Notes under the pieces: generated by a model
Database searches by the model: none
Seen by the model: only the letters and a program-made list of their open reading frames with translations
What the model was told of the DNA's origin: nothing
In this document: piece by piece, positions 48,619-61,010 of the stretch
How positions within the stretch are numbered: position 1 is the stretch's first letter
How the letters are laid out: each line of letters begins with the position of its first letter
Assembly: GCF_018350175.1 (NCBI RefSeq)
Contig: NC_058368.1
Coordinates: 206,896,001-206,960,000 of the forward strand
Direction of reading: 5' to 3'
DNA: 64,000 nt
From: Felis catus
Taxonomy: Eukaryota
Position numbers and translations under genes: made by a program

Positions 48619-48816
48619 GTTTTTAAAAAGTTTATTTATTTATTTTGAGGGAGAGAGGGCACAAGTTGGGGAGGGACAGAAAGAGAGGGAGAGAGAATCT
48701 CATGCAGGCTTCTCACTATCAGCGCGAAGCCTGATGTGGGTCTCGAACTCCTAAACCATGAGATCATGACCTGAACTGAAGATGGACGCTTAACTGACGG
48801 AGCCACCCAGGCGCAC
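48619..48816 (-). mobile_element. Can-SINE
   Basis: TSD CTTAATAATATTTCT at 48604-48618 and 48817-48831. Confidence 0.94.
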
Positions 48817-49486
48817 CTTAATAATATTTCTAACAAAAAACATCTAGAAATATTTGTGGCACGTTGTACTGGTAGAGATGTACATTTGGGCTGGACCACG
48901 GTGTGTTGGATGTGTAAAGAAAGATAGTGAAAAGTGTTTTTCAATGTCATTTTCTAACTGGATTAACCTGTCCTTACAAATTACTATTTTAGTTACAAAT
49001 AAATAATTATAACTGTCAGGTTGGAGAGATGGTCAGCTCTTGACAATGTAGCATCATACATCTTGACAGTGTAACATCATAGTTGGTTTTTATGCAGAGG
49101 AGAAGGAGAAATGAAAAAGTACGCCTTACATGTATACTTGTGCTTTTATTATTGCTCAACAAAATAACAATGTGCATTTATTTTTCTCTCCAAGCATCTA
49201 GTTATGAATCATTTTCCAAGCTGGGAATTTTCAAAATTGAACCACTTTTAAACAACCCATATCAAGTTCTTATTTGGTTATTTTTTGGTACACTGAAGTT
49301 TTCATCCTCTTTATAAATCTAAAGTTAGTTGCAACTTTGATTTGATATTTGACTCTCGAATAAGCATCATAAATGTGGTGACAGAATTATGTATGAATTT
49401 CAAAAGTTATATTTAGTACAAGATCTTCACCAACTTTTAAAAGTTTAACATATTGTGGTTTTTATTTGGTTTAAAATGGAAAATGC

Positions 49487-49703
49487 GGGGCGCCTGGGTG
49501 GCGCAGTCGTTAAGCGTCCGACTTCAGCCAGGTCACGATCTCGCGGTCCGGGAGTTCGAGCCCCACGTCGGGCTCTGGGCTGATGGCTCAGAGCCTGGAG
49601 CCTGTTTCTGATTCTGTGTCTCCCTCTCTCTCTGACCCTCCCCCGTTCATGCTCTGTCTCTCTCTGTCCGAAAAATAAATAAACGTTGAAAAAAAATTTT
49701 TTT
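49487..49703 (+). mobile_element. Young Can-SINE
   Basis: CpG-rich; TSD AAATGGAAAATGC at 49474-49486 and 49704-49716. Confidence 0.96.
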
Positions 49704-50029
49704 AAATGGAAAATGCACTTAGATTCTCAGTATTCCCAGGATTTAAAACAGTCAGTGAATCACCGAAACAAACTAGGAAAAATCACAATGTTGATGAGGA
49801 ATGCACAACAAATATAAGAATATGAAAGTCACTAAGAAAAGGAAAACTATTTCTAAACAGTGCTTTATATTCAATTGCCTTAATTTTAGGTATGAAAATA
49901 AGCCATGTGATACATTAACTTTTTTAAAACTCTGAACATGTACGTGTTTGGCTATTCAGAATAGCGTAAGTTAAAATGTGGCAAACAGCTGCATAATGTT
50001 TGCAAAATTGGAAGGGCTGGAAGGAATAA

Positions 50030-50195
50030 ACTTGGTGATTAAGAGCTGTGGAGTCAGGTAGAGATGGATTCAGACCCTGGCTTCATCTCTTACTGATCAA
50101 GTAAAAGTGGGAAAGTTTCTTAACTGTGAAATGGAGATATTGTCCATTTTTTATAAGATTGTTTGGAGTATTAAATAAGATGATGTGCATCACCT
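50030..50195 (+). mobile_element. MIR
   Basis: GGTGATTAAGAGC...GGATTCAGACCCTGGCTT...TGTGAAATGGAGAT...ATTAAATAAGATGATG. Confidence 0.7.
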
Positions 50196-50320
50196 TGTTT
50201 TAATGGCTCTGTAGGACTTTAATGCTGTTGGAATGATCTGCGTCATTCCTTCTGTCCCTCCTAGAATGTGAACTCTCACACACAGAGACTTTACCTGTCC
50301 TGTTGACCATTGCATTTCTT

Positions 50321-50793
50321 TCTTTTTGAAAAAAAGATGTTTGTTGAAGTGTAGTTGACGCACAATGTTACATTAGTTTCAGGTGTACAACATAGGGATT
50401 CAGTACGTTATATGTCATGTTGTGCTCACCACAAATGTCGCTGCCATCTGTCAACATACAATGCTATCTATATTCCCTATGCTATACATTTTACTCTTGT
50501 GACTTATTCATTCCATACTGGAAACCTGAATCTCACCCTCCCTTTCATCCATTTTGCCCATTCCCCAAACTGCCACCCCCTGGCAACCGTCCATTTCTTC
50601 TCTACATTTATGGGTCTATTTCTGCTTTCTGTTTGTTTATTCATTTGTTTTGTGTTTTAGATTCCACATGTACGTGAAATCATATACTTTTTGCCTTCCT
50701 CTGTCTGGCTTATTCCACTTAGCATAATACCCTTTGGGTCCCTCTGGGACCCCAATGGGGTCCACCCCCATTGTCCCAAATGGCAATATCTCC
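50321..50793 (-). mobile_element. Carnivore L1 3' fragment inserted in an L2 3' end
   Basis: CACAATGTTACATTAGTTTCAGGTGTAC...TTTTAGATTCCACATG; TSD ACCA(TT/CG)GCATTTCTT at 50306-50320 and 50794-50808; L2-like flank CTAGAATGTGAACTC. Confidence 0.9.
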
Positions 50794-52001
50794 ACCACGG
50801 CATTTCTTAGTATAGTACTTGCACATTGCAAATGTTTTATGGATAGTGAATCAATGGATCAATGTTTAATAACAAGCTAAAAGGATTTTGTATAATTTTT
50901 TGCAACAATGTGAGCAGGGGTAGGTGGTGGTAGCAGAATAAGATATCAAAGAATATAGATCTCACAATAGCATATTAAATACATGGTTGGGAGATGAGGT
51001 GGAGATCAACACTAGAGGGAGGGATCATTATTTAAATCTGCTGTCACACAACTTCGGAACAATAAAAAAAAGTTTCAACAACCCTCACTCTAAAATAAGT
51101 AGCTTCACATTAAAAGCCATGGCTTTTTGGTTTAATGCTTGACAATGATCTCATCATTCTTAAAATATCACTCCAAGATCTAAGTCTCCAGACATTTCTT
51201 TTTAGAGAGTAAAGTGGTTGTATGAGAAAGGCATGACTTCTGCTGAGTAGAAGTTACCCACTGATTCATCGGTCTTCCTGCTTTTGAGGAATAGAGAAAA
51301 TGCTGTAATGTCATTTCTATACGCATGTTGTAGTCTCTTTTGAAGTTTGCACATTCAGTCTGTTCCAAGCTGGCCCTTATTTTTTGTTTTTTTGGATTTA
51401 TGTGATCAGAGGATTGAGGGGCCATTTCCCATCTGGTTCATGCATCTGAGCCAAGGCTGAAGTGCCCTTGAGATTTCAACAGGAGTGCTGAATTTTGCAA
51501 AGTTATGCCAAGTTCACAACAAGATGAAAAACGAGCCATGCTGAGTAATTGGCCTTATTTTCAGAGTGTCTCCGTGAAAGAGGAATATATGGAGAACTGC
51601 TTAGATAAGAAGCTGAAGGTTTTCAGTGACCACGGAGATTTACGCTGATGTAACAACAGATCTCTCTTATTCCTAGATTTGCCTGAATAGAGAACACACT
51701 TATATTTCCTTTCTCCCACCTACCTAGATCATTATTTTACTCTTCTTAATCTTTGTCTATTTCTAATGTCTCCTCTCTTCACATTCCCAGCTGATTAGCT
51801 CAGCTGATATCTCAGTCATTGTGACCTACCAGATGGGAACTACTATTCATCTCTCCATAAATCTATCACCTACTTGCATGCTTACTGCTTCTGCTCTCTC
51901 TCTCTTTCTTTCACATATGTCTTATATATGTTATACATAATTATATTTAAATATATACTTATATTTATGAATTTGTGTATGTAATAGATAGCATTTGTGG
52001 G

Positions 52002-52033
<32 letters not shown>

Positions 52034-52039
52034 GTGTGT
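52002..52039. repeat. (GT)n microsatellite
   Basis: Direct observation. Confidence 0.95.
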
Positions 52040-53575
52040 AATAGACAAAGGGTCCCTGCCTCCCACAGAGACTTCCCATCCTCCTGGGATCTAGATCCCA
52101 TTCCTTCTCACCTACTTATTAACCTAGTTCCTCCAGCTGTCTCACTCCACCCCTGAGCTCTTGTATACACTCAGTCCCTCCTTCTCTTCTAAACTAGTTC
52201 TGTGGACAGACAACTCTTCATAATCTCTCCTTCCTTGTTGTCCTCCATCTTTAGCTAATAGCAATTTCCATGCAACTCTTAACAGAAAATTTCCTACAGG
52301 AGTTCTCTTCAGAAGCTTTTGCATTTTGCACCTTCCATTCTTCTTTTCATGGCTTTACTTTAAAAGTGGGATGACTGAGCCAAACTTATACAAATGTAAA
52401 ACTTTAATAAATTTTGCAAATCTGCCTTCAATATACATTATACTAAGGTATATATTCATCAGGAAGGGTATTCCCACCATATTCCTGAGGTATTGAAAAT
52501 GCTAATGAAAAACATTTTATCCCATAGTGTAGAAAAAGCTCTACAATCTTGAAAAAGCTTTTTTTTAACAGAAATTAAACTAAAATTAGGAAGGACTCAC
52601 ATTAAAATGCCTTGATTTACTTCAAATGTTATTCTATTTGTGCTTGTAATATAATAACTTTGGAGGAAAACACGGTAAAGTAGGTTTACAGATTTGTCTT
52701 CATTTTTTTTACATGTTTCTGAAAATAATAAAACAAACCCAAGAAAGTCTCACATATGTTCAGGCTCATATCTATCTGTATTATTCAGCATATCCCCTAC
52801 ATTTACAGATTTGGAAATTTGTAAATTATTTTCTTGCACAAGCATTACTAATTTATTCTCTATCCAGTAGCACGGATGAAATGTGCATGTAAGTACTTTT
52901 CAATGTTATAATTTCTCAAGAAACTATAAATATAGTCAAAATTAGCTTATTATGTTGATATTTTATTTCAGTGTGTTTCAATGCATAATTCATAAGTATG
53001 TCTGTCAACTCACAGATTGCATGGGCCCTTTTAGTGTGTTAAATGAATTTTTCAATAAGTCTGGAAGGCATTAGCCCAAATACAGTTTTTCTCAGCAAAT
53101 TGAAAAATAGAAATAGCATTTGTGAAGTTTGTGATCCATTTTTTATGCTTAATAAATTTGACAGCTTACTTGCTCGGCCAAATAATTGGACATAACAGCT
53201 GAGAACAACCTTTTAAAACAAATTAAACATCACAATTCCATCATCTTTTATACATAAATACTTTCTTGTACAAAAATCTGGCCTTTGAAGATATTTAATA
53301 AATGATAATATTTGTGTTTCAATCATTTATAATTTTGAAAGTTTCTTTTTGAAACATATTGCAACTTCCATTTTCTATGCATTGACATATCAGACTGCCA
53401 AAGCACTCTCAGCACGTATGTTCAAGTTGCCAATTAATGGCAATTAGCGACAGTATGGATTTTCACAAGGTTCCTATGGCCAAAACATTTGGTCATAAAC
53501 CTATCGTGACAGGTATTCTGATGAATGTTCAATTGTTCTGAAGACAACTCATACACAAACCAAATTGGAAAACAT

Positions 53576-53776
53576 TTTTAAAAAATTTTTTTAATGTTTA
53601 TTTTTAAGAGAGAGCACAAGCAGGGGAAAGGCAGAGAGAGAGAGGGGTACAGAGGATCCAAAGTGGGCTCTGTGCTGACAGCAGAGAGCCCAATGTGGGG
53701 CTACAACTCATGAACTGTGAGATCATGACCTGAGCCAAAGTCAGATGCTCAACTGACTGAGCCACCCAGGTGCCCC
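53576..53776 (-). mobile_element. Can-SINE
   Basis: Ends CTGAGCCACCCAGGTGCCCC; TSD degenerate. Confidence 0.92.
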
Positions 53777-53799
53777 AGAAATAAACACTTTATAAGTGT

Positions 53800-54460
53800 G
53801 AAAAATTTAAGTTTTGATGAGAAGTTGAAGCAGCCAGAGGAATTTAAATTTGTTCATCCATTTTGAAAAACAGTTTTTAATTATTAAACAAAGTTGAAGA
53901 TGTGTATGTTATTCAGAAATTCTAAGGATACACTCACAATGGCTTATTTGCACTAGGTTATGATGAAAAAACAGTAGCACTGTTTGAATATGAAAAGAAA
54001 TTGAAACAAATAACAAAGTCCATAAAGAGTTGAAAGAATAAATGAAACATGAAACTTTGATCTATAATAATTAATACAGAAATAGAAATATTACACAGCA
54101 ATAGAAATCCATAGCTGTGTGCAAGATTAAAAATTAATGTCAAGGTATATTTTAGAGCAGAAAGGCTAATTTCACAAGATTATATAGAATAAAATATATT
54201 TACATGAATATTAAAAATATGCAAAATGAAGAAGTGTCTTGTTTAAGGATAGGAACATTCCTGGTAATACTCTAACAATGAGCAAGAGGAAGATGAATAT
54301 AAAATTTACAACAGTAGAAGATGGGAGGCAAAGAGCAGAACAAAAAAAAATAAAAGTAGTGGATATTCAGGTATTGATTGTATTTTTACTTTATACCTTT
54401 TTTATAATTTATAAATAGTACATGGTAGCTGTTTAGTATGTAACAAAAATAAATTTTCAG
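53800..54460 (+). mobile_element. Ancient L1 (L1ME-like) 3' remnant
   Basis: CCATTTTGAAAAACAGTTT...AAAGTTGAAGATGTGTAT...GAATAAATGAA; A-rich; boundaries approximate. Confidence 0.55.
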
Positions 54461-54514
54461 AAACTCTGTTGAACATTTTAGGAATTAGCAATTGGGAAAC
54501 AATTTTGTTTTGTG

Positions 54515-54960
54515 TGTACGTCTTGGCTCAGTAAGTTTGTTGCGTGGCAATAAGTTTGCTAACTTGGAAACCAATTCAGTTAACTCAAAAAAGAGGTGGG
54601 ATAGAAGCAGATCTCCCTTTTGCTCTTCTTTTTTCTACCTCCTTCTCTTTCTCCTGCACATTCTCTCCTGTGTGAGCTCTTGGATTTGTCACTTCCCCTC
54701 CACGACCAACTTTCTCTGTTATCCACAGTTGTCTTTCTCAGTGCACTGATCCAGTCCACATCATTACATGTTAATTCTAAAGTGTGCTTACTTCAGCTGT
54801 CCACAACCCCTCTGTTTCTTGGTATAATCCAAAGGAAACGGAATGATGACCATTTTGACTGACTTAGAGCCAGTTGCCTACCATTCATCCAATTAGCTGT
54901 GGCCAAAATGAAGGTGATGGGACAAGACAATGTGCATCCCACACAGGCAGAGACCTGGAG
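54515..54960 (-). mobile_element. Old MaLR LTR (MLT1J-like)
   Basis: TTGACTGACTTAGAGCCAGTTGCCTACC...CCAATTAGCTGTGGCCA antisense MLT1 motif. Confidence 0.45.
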
Positions 54961-55506
54961 AGATACTCTAAGAAGGGAGGGTGGGATAGGGCAGCCACTT
55001 AAAATATACTCACATTTATAGTATGTTGAGTCTTAAGTTTCTCCATATGGGGTTCATGGTGCTTCCAGTCGTTCAATCTGAGGTAAATATTGTCAAGGAT
55101 AAATAAACATTTCCCTAATGGATGTTGTGGTCTCCCACCCTCTGCATTTCTGTATTTTAAGCTGATGTTCTGCTACTTCAGGAATTTCAATTAGAGATCA
55201 GGAAAATGGGAATTGAAATGTCTTCCCCTGAGATGACTAGTTCCTGATGAGGTGTTGCAGATTTCAAAGAGCTGTCTAGCAACTCATGCTTTGTCCCTAA
55301 TATTAACCCCTGCCTTATCTTTCTTTACACAAGTTGATAGTAAGGTAGAAGTGGTAAGCTTCAAAATCTCTTTCTCTCCTCTGTGGGTCATCTAGATAAG
55401 TCAGTTTGATGTGATAGAGTCCTCACTTAACCCATTGCTATTGGCTGCAGGAAACAAAAAAGGACCAGTTGAAAGGGTATGGGTGGATGACCAGGCAGCT
55501 ACTTTT

Positions 55507-55971
55507 CTTTAAGTTTATTTATTTATTTTGAGACAGAGAGAGAGAGTGAGCGCGAGAGAGCATGAGCACGAGTGGGGGAGGGGCAGGGAGAGAGAGAGGG
55601 AGAGAAATCCAAGTAGGTGCCACTCTGTCAGCGCAGAGACCAACAAGGGACTTGAACTCATGAACCATGAGATCATGACCTGAGCAGAGATCAAGAGTTG
55701 ATGCTTGGGGTGCCTGGGTGGCTCAGTCGGTTAAGCAGCTGACTTCAGCTCAGGTCATGATCTCGCAGTCCGTGAGTTCGAGCCCCGTGTTGGGCTCTGT
55801 GCTGACAGCTCAGAGCCTGGAGGCTGTTTCGGATTCTGTGTCTCCCTCTCTCTCTGACCCTCCCCCGTTCATGCTCTGTCTCTCTCTGTCTCAAAAATAA
55901 ATAAACGTTAAAAAAAAATTAAAAAAAAAAAAAGAGTTGATGCTTAACCAACTGAGCCACCCAGGCGCCCC
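55507..55971 (-). mobile_element. Can-SINE (outer) interrupted by an opposite-strand SINE
   Basis: Body 55507-55706, head 55946-55971; flanking repeat GCAGCTACTTTT at 55495-55506 and 55975-55986. Confidence 0.94.
55707..55931 (+). mobile_element. Can-SINE (inner, nested)
   Basis: Perfect TSD AAGAGTTGATGCTT at 55693-55706 and 55932-55945, made of outer-SINE sequence. Confidence 0.96.
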
Positions 55972-56041
55972 TGAGCAGCTACTTTTAATATGGAAAAAAA
56001 AAACCCACAACTCATTGTGGGCAGAATAGCATACTGCCTCA

Positions 56042-56594
56042 TGTGCTGGACATGCATGTGGATACTCTCAGATCCCATTATTTCTTCTGGACTCTGCTAT
56101 GTCATTTTTGTGAAATGAGTCTACAGATTGCATTTACCAGCCTCTTTAGACAACTTGATTCCTGTTAGGTTCCACCAATAAGAGGCACTGGATGGGGAAG
56201 GTAGAAGTGAAACTTCCTGCTTCAGATTTCAATAGTGTGACAGTTGCATTGGGAGTGGGGTTACTCTTGGTTACAGGAACCTTGGCAGGGGTCCCACCTT
56301 TGGTAGGTTCCAGCTTTGATGGATGCAACACCTCTTCAACGATCTAGGAGTGACTGTGGCTGATGTCTCCAACAGCAGGCAGCAGGTGCAGGCTAATGAC
56401 CCTCTCCAGCTCCTCCCCACCCTCTGTTTCAGCAGCTTTGCTTAAATGTCACTTCTTACTTTCTGCTTCTATAGTGCCCTCCACTCCATTGACTTCTTTT
56501 TGTTTGTCCTGCTCTTCCAGTTCCCTGTGTTAAAGTCATGTTCTAGAACCACTTGGGATGCTTTTGTTTTCCTTACTAAGCCCAGATTCATACA
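56042..56594 (+). mobile_element. ERVL LTR (LTR33-like)
   Basis: TGCATTTACCAGCCTC...TTCCTGTTAGGTTCCACCAATAAGAGGCACTGG and 3' TTCCCTGTGTTAAA...TTGTTTTCCT...ATACA. Confidence 0.7.
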
Positions 56595-58014
56595 CTGCCA
56601 CTGTTATTTTCTGTTCAGGTCAGGTGGGGGCTTTTGCAGCTTTACTTTGCCCATCTGAGAGGTGAGGCCAGTATGCAACTAAGAAGAGGAATTTTGGAGC
56701 AAAACTAGAAACTAGAGAGAACTCTGTGGATGCGGCCTTCTCAGAGTCACCTTGCTCTTATTTCTAGGAAATAAGAAACCCATGCACACTGTATGTACAT
56801 TGGTTATGTTCATTGGTGTTAATCCTTATAGTATCAGGTTGAATTTTCAGAAATTCAAATGGAATGTCTTTCACAGAATTCTTATTTTCAATTCTATGAA
56901 AGTGAGGTTTTTTTAGTAGAATGATGACTAAAATGGCTAATAGTGTTTTAACTCTTCCTAAATTGGGTCTCTATGCTTGACAGAATTATTTTATCAAATT
57001 GAAGTTTGAGGGATTATATAAAAACTAGGCTTCAAAATTTGACCATAAAAAAATGTACCACCTCAAGACAAGAATCGATGATTTGTGAATCACTTCCCCC
57101 TAGAGGCACTGACAGTCAAGCATGAAATTTTATAAATGATTGTCCCTATTTTTGAATAATCCATCCAGTGCTCAACTTCAGACTATTTTTTAAAATCTAA
57201 TTCCACTTAAGGTTATAAACACAAAATCCCTTCCAGTTTCGTATTGCAGAAGTCCTCTCCACTAAGGAAAGGCAAGTTCAAAAACTAGTCCTTGAATATG
57301 CTTTTTATTTCCTCTGCTATTTTCCAACCAAGAATTCTCATGCATCTTTTAATTTATGATGGACAAACGAAAATAAGAACAATCATAGCAAAATGCTGTT
57401 TGTGGGCAAGTGTTGGAAAAAGTGTTATAAACATGGGAATGACTAAAGCTGATGCCTACTTCTTCACTCTTCACACAGCCATCCAAAAATAGCACGCATG
57501 AGGGCATATCTCCAAAGGGAAGTATTTGTAAAGATGTTCTGGAATTCTATCCAAGTTCATGAGAATCTTTAAAGATGGGGAATCTTTGAATACAAATGCT
57601 TCTGAATTCTCAAGTGTTGTGCTTGGAAGAAAACTTTCAAGCCATAAAATTCAAAACTGTAAAAAATAATGACATGAAAGTGAGGACCACTAGATGAATG
57701 CTAGCCTAACTTGGATCAACAGAAAGAAGCAGTGTCAGGATTTGTAAATACAACGAAACAAGTAGAATCTCATTGTATTCAACTTCACAGTAAATCGGTG
57801 GGGACAACGACCAAGATTATTAAAACCTTCTATAGTGCTTACATTGGTCCTGTAAACTTGAGCAAACCCAAATTCAGAAGTCAAAAAAATGAGAGAGATC
57901 TTGACCTATCACTTTAGTCTCTGAGAGCAGTAGCTATGCTATGAGTTTAGCTTTTGGACATGGACTCACTAGTGTGAAAAGGAAAATACCACATATCTAC
58001 CATCCTCCCCTTCT

Positions 58015-58240
58015 ACCATTCATTCTGTGCTAACAGCATTTATTATGCTTGCTGAGTATGACTGAGGAAGATTTTATGGAGGTGGTTATATTTGAACTTG
58101 GTCTTTAAAAACATATAAAGCTTGGAGAGTATGAAGAGAGGAAAAGGCAATCCAAGTGGAACACTTAAAGGAAAACATAAGTAGCATACTTTCATGAGAA
58201 GATAAAGTGCCTTTTTGAGAAACACATAAAGTACCTGCAA
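58015..58240 (-). mobile_element. L2 3' fragment
   Basis: CATTCATT...GCATTTATT...GGAAGATTTTATGGAGGTGG...TTTGAACTTGGTCTT. Confidence 0.6.
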
Positions 58241-58471
58241 AAGGCACAGAAAGAGGATAGAAAATGCTTACCTCTTTATTTTGGGGTCAAGGCGTGGGTT
58301 TATTCTTTGGAAAGCAATAAACATAACGCAATGCAACAGAATGAACATGAAAGTATAAGCAAAGGGCCAGAGAACTGAAATGGTATTTGACATCAAGTGA
58401 CTTGCCCGTCTATATCTGCTGGATTTTAGATTTATCAAAAGGTGTAAAAATGCTTTTAAAAGTGGGTATGC

Positions 58472-58636
58472 GGGGCACCCGTGGGGCTCAGTCAGTTAAG
58501 CGTCCGACTTTGGCTCAGGTCATGATCTCACGGTTTGTGAGTTCGAGCCCCGCGTCGGGCTCTGTGCTGACAGCTCAGAGCCTGGAACCTGCTTCAGATT
58601 CTGTATCTCCCTCTCTCTCTCTGCCTCTCCACTTGT

Positions 58637-58694
<58 letters not shown>

Positions 58695-58725
58695 AAAGAT
58701 AAGTAAAATGTAAAAAAATCCAAAA
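58472..58725 (+). mobile_element. Can-SINE
   Basis: TSD TTTAAAAGTGGG(T/C)ATGC at 58455-58471 and 58726-58742. Confidence 0.95.
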
Positions 58726-59643
58726 TTTAAAAGTGGGCATGCAAGACCATCGGGATATTTAGGTCTAATCACCAAAACTCAGAGGGAAATTGCCTCTCAA
58801 ATCAGACATTCTTACCTTTATGGTTATAATTCTCAAGTGCATGTCTTGCTGCATATACTTTTTTGAAAATAGGAGCAATTTATAGTCACATTTTACTTTC
58901 CAAGTCAATAGTGGTTTTTCTGAATGGAAATGCAATTTACCTTTTGTGTCCAAAGAACTTCAAGGAGTTTAAAACATGTCTCAGACATACACACTTCTAA
59001 ATTCTTATCTTTAATGCAGAATAAGAAAGTTCTCCATGGGTGAAACTTTTTTAAATCATATAATCTGAATGTCCTGGCAATTTTTTTAATGCTTGTGTAT
59101 CATGAAAACTGAACACTCCCTCAATACCCTTATCTGGTTTAGATTTTCATTGGTTTTTATTTGAATTCAGGAGAAATTATCTTAGCAATCGAAGGAATTG
59201 CACTCCTTGCTCTTTGGATCAAGATGCAAACAAATAATTTCTTTTTTTCCATGGAAAAATCCAAGATAGGTTTTTCCCTGGTCAGTGAAACTGAAGGACT
59301 CTTTTTAGCTCTTTGGCTTTGTTTTCCTAAATCAAACATGCTGTTTGTCACTAAAATTAACCATTACTTATCATTGACTAAACCAATAAATCTGGCAGAA
59401 GTCAAGTAGGCTACACAGCAAGTTGAGTAAAATCTAACAGAGCCATGCCATCTTTGTTTCCTGGGAAAAAGAAAAACTAAATCATGGAAAGTCATTCAAT
59501 TTGAGTTGTTTTTCTCTATTGAAAAGAAAACATTTTGTTTGTGTACAAATCCTCTCATTTCTAGCTTATTCTCTCTACATTAGAGATACTTATTTCACTC
59601 AACACACACAGGCATAGTCTAATTTGTCTTTTACTTTCTTTTT

Positions 59644-59917
59644 TTTATGTTGTTAGAACATTTTTATTTATTCATTTATTTTTTAATATTAAATTTATTG
59701 TCAAATTGGTTTCCATACAACACCCAGTGCTCATCCCAACATGTGCCTTCCTCAATGCCCATCACCCACTTTCCCCTCCCTCCCAGCCCCCCCCCCATCA
59801 ACCCTCAGTTTATTCTCAGTTTTTAAGAGTCTCTTATGATTTGGCTCCTTCCCTCTCTGTAACTTTTTTCCCCCTCTCTCCCCCCTGGTCTTCTGTTGAG
59901 TTTCTCAGGATCCACAT
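59644..59917 (-). mobile_element. Short 5'-truncated felid L1
   Basis: CATACAACACCCAGTGCTCATCCC 3'UTR; TSD TCTTTTA(C/T)TTTCTTTTT at 59627-59643 and 59918-59934. Confidence 0.92.
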
Positions 59918-61010
59918 TCTTTTATTTTCTTTTTAATGCTATACCCAAGTAGTGTTAAATCCTACTGTTTTCTCCTTCACTATGTTTTCCAAATACATTG
60001 AAATGCTTTTTAAAATGGTAATAAAGGGTTAGGCTTTATTTTTTGTGCATAATTGGGCATATAAAATGTACAGATTCTTTGTAACTTTCTATTTCTCCTA
60101 TTCAATGCAATTTGTCTAATCAACTAATTGTTTTAACCATTTAATTTTAGAACTCATCTAATGATAAAGCTTTTCTCTAATACAAATAAATGTTCCCATA
60201 TATACATAAAAATGAATGGAAAAACTAGTGTATTTATTTCTCTTTCTACCATTTTTAGGTAGTTACAAATGTATTCCAAGTTTCCAAGTGGTTGGAACCA
60301 AAGAAATTAAGCCAGATAATAGGTGTGCAGAGATTAGGGACCTGTCTCTTGGCCCCAACACTTGTATCTTATATCTGGCTGTTACAGGGAAGTGATGGGC
60401 TGAGTTACTTTACATTCTGCCACCATCAAGACTTTACATCTTCTGTTGGTGGAAGCAGACCGCGAGCATCTCAGTTTCCATCTCATTTCATTCTGAAAAT
60501 GACAGAATAGTCACTTCAGCAAGTACTTGGAAACTGTGAACATTAATGAAAGTTAATAAAATATTTCAGGAGCCTTCAATGAAAGGTATGACTGAAAAAT
60601 AAAGTTCTATATGGTTCCATCAGGCAGGAGTTGTGACTTGTCATTTGATATATTTTTCCACCTATCCTTGTTTGCTTTTAGGAACTACTACTAACACAAT
60701 CTCTTTTGTTGTTACAAATCAAGCTAGAAAGATCATAGAAAACATCTTGATATCTTGATAGTGGTTATCTGAGCACATAGAATCTCTTTTGAGGCTAAAA
60801 TTTAAATTAGAGAGCAGAATATCTTCATGAAATGATACTCCCAGAGTTATAAATTTAAGCTTTGCTATTATGAAAAATGCAGAAAAATAATTTAAAGAAT
60901 TATCTCATATATTCAAATTTTGAGGATATGAAAAACTACTGGTGAATTTTTGCAAGCCACTTACCTAAGCTCCCATCGTGTTACTACTTTACACAATTAA
61001 GCTTAAATAA

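Noticed and set aside
51566..51650. Possible exon after TTTTCAG (SVSVKEEYMENCLDKKLKVF...)
   Set aside because: Stops in frame after 27 codons, no good donor site, product not recognised.
60259..60510. Open frame after a pyrimidine tract and AG
   Set aside because: No recognised protein, the end looks MIR-like, and such frames arise by chance.
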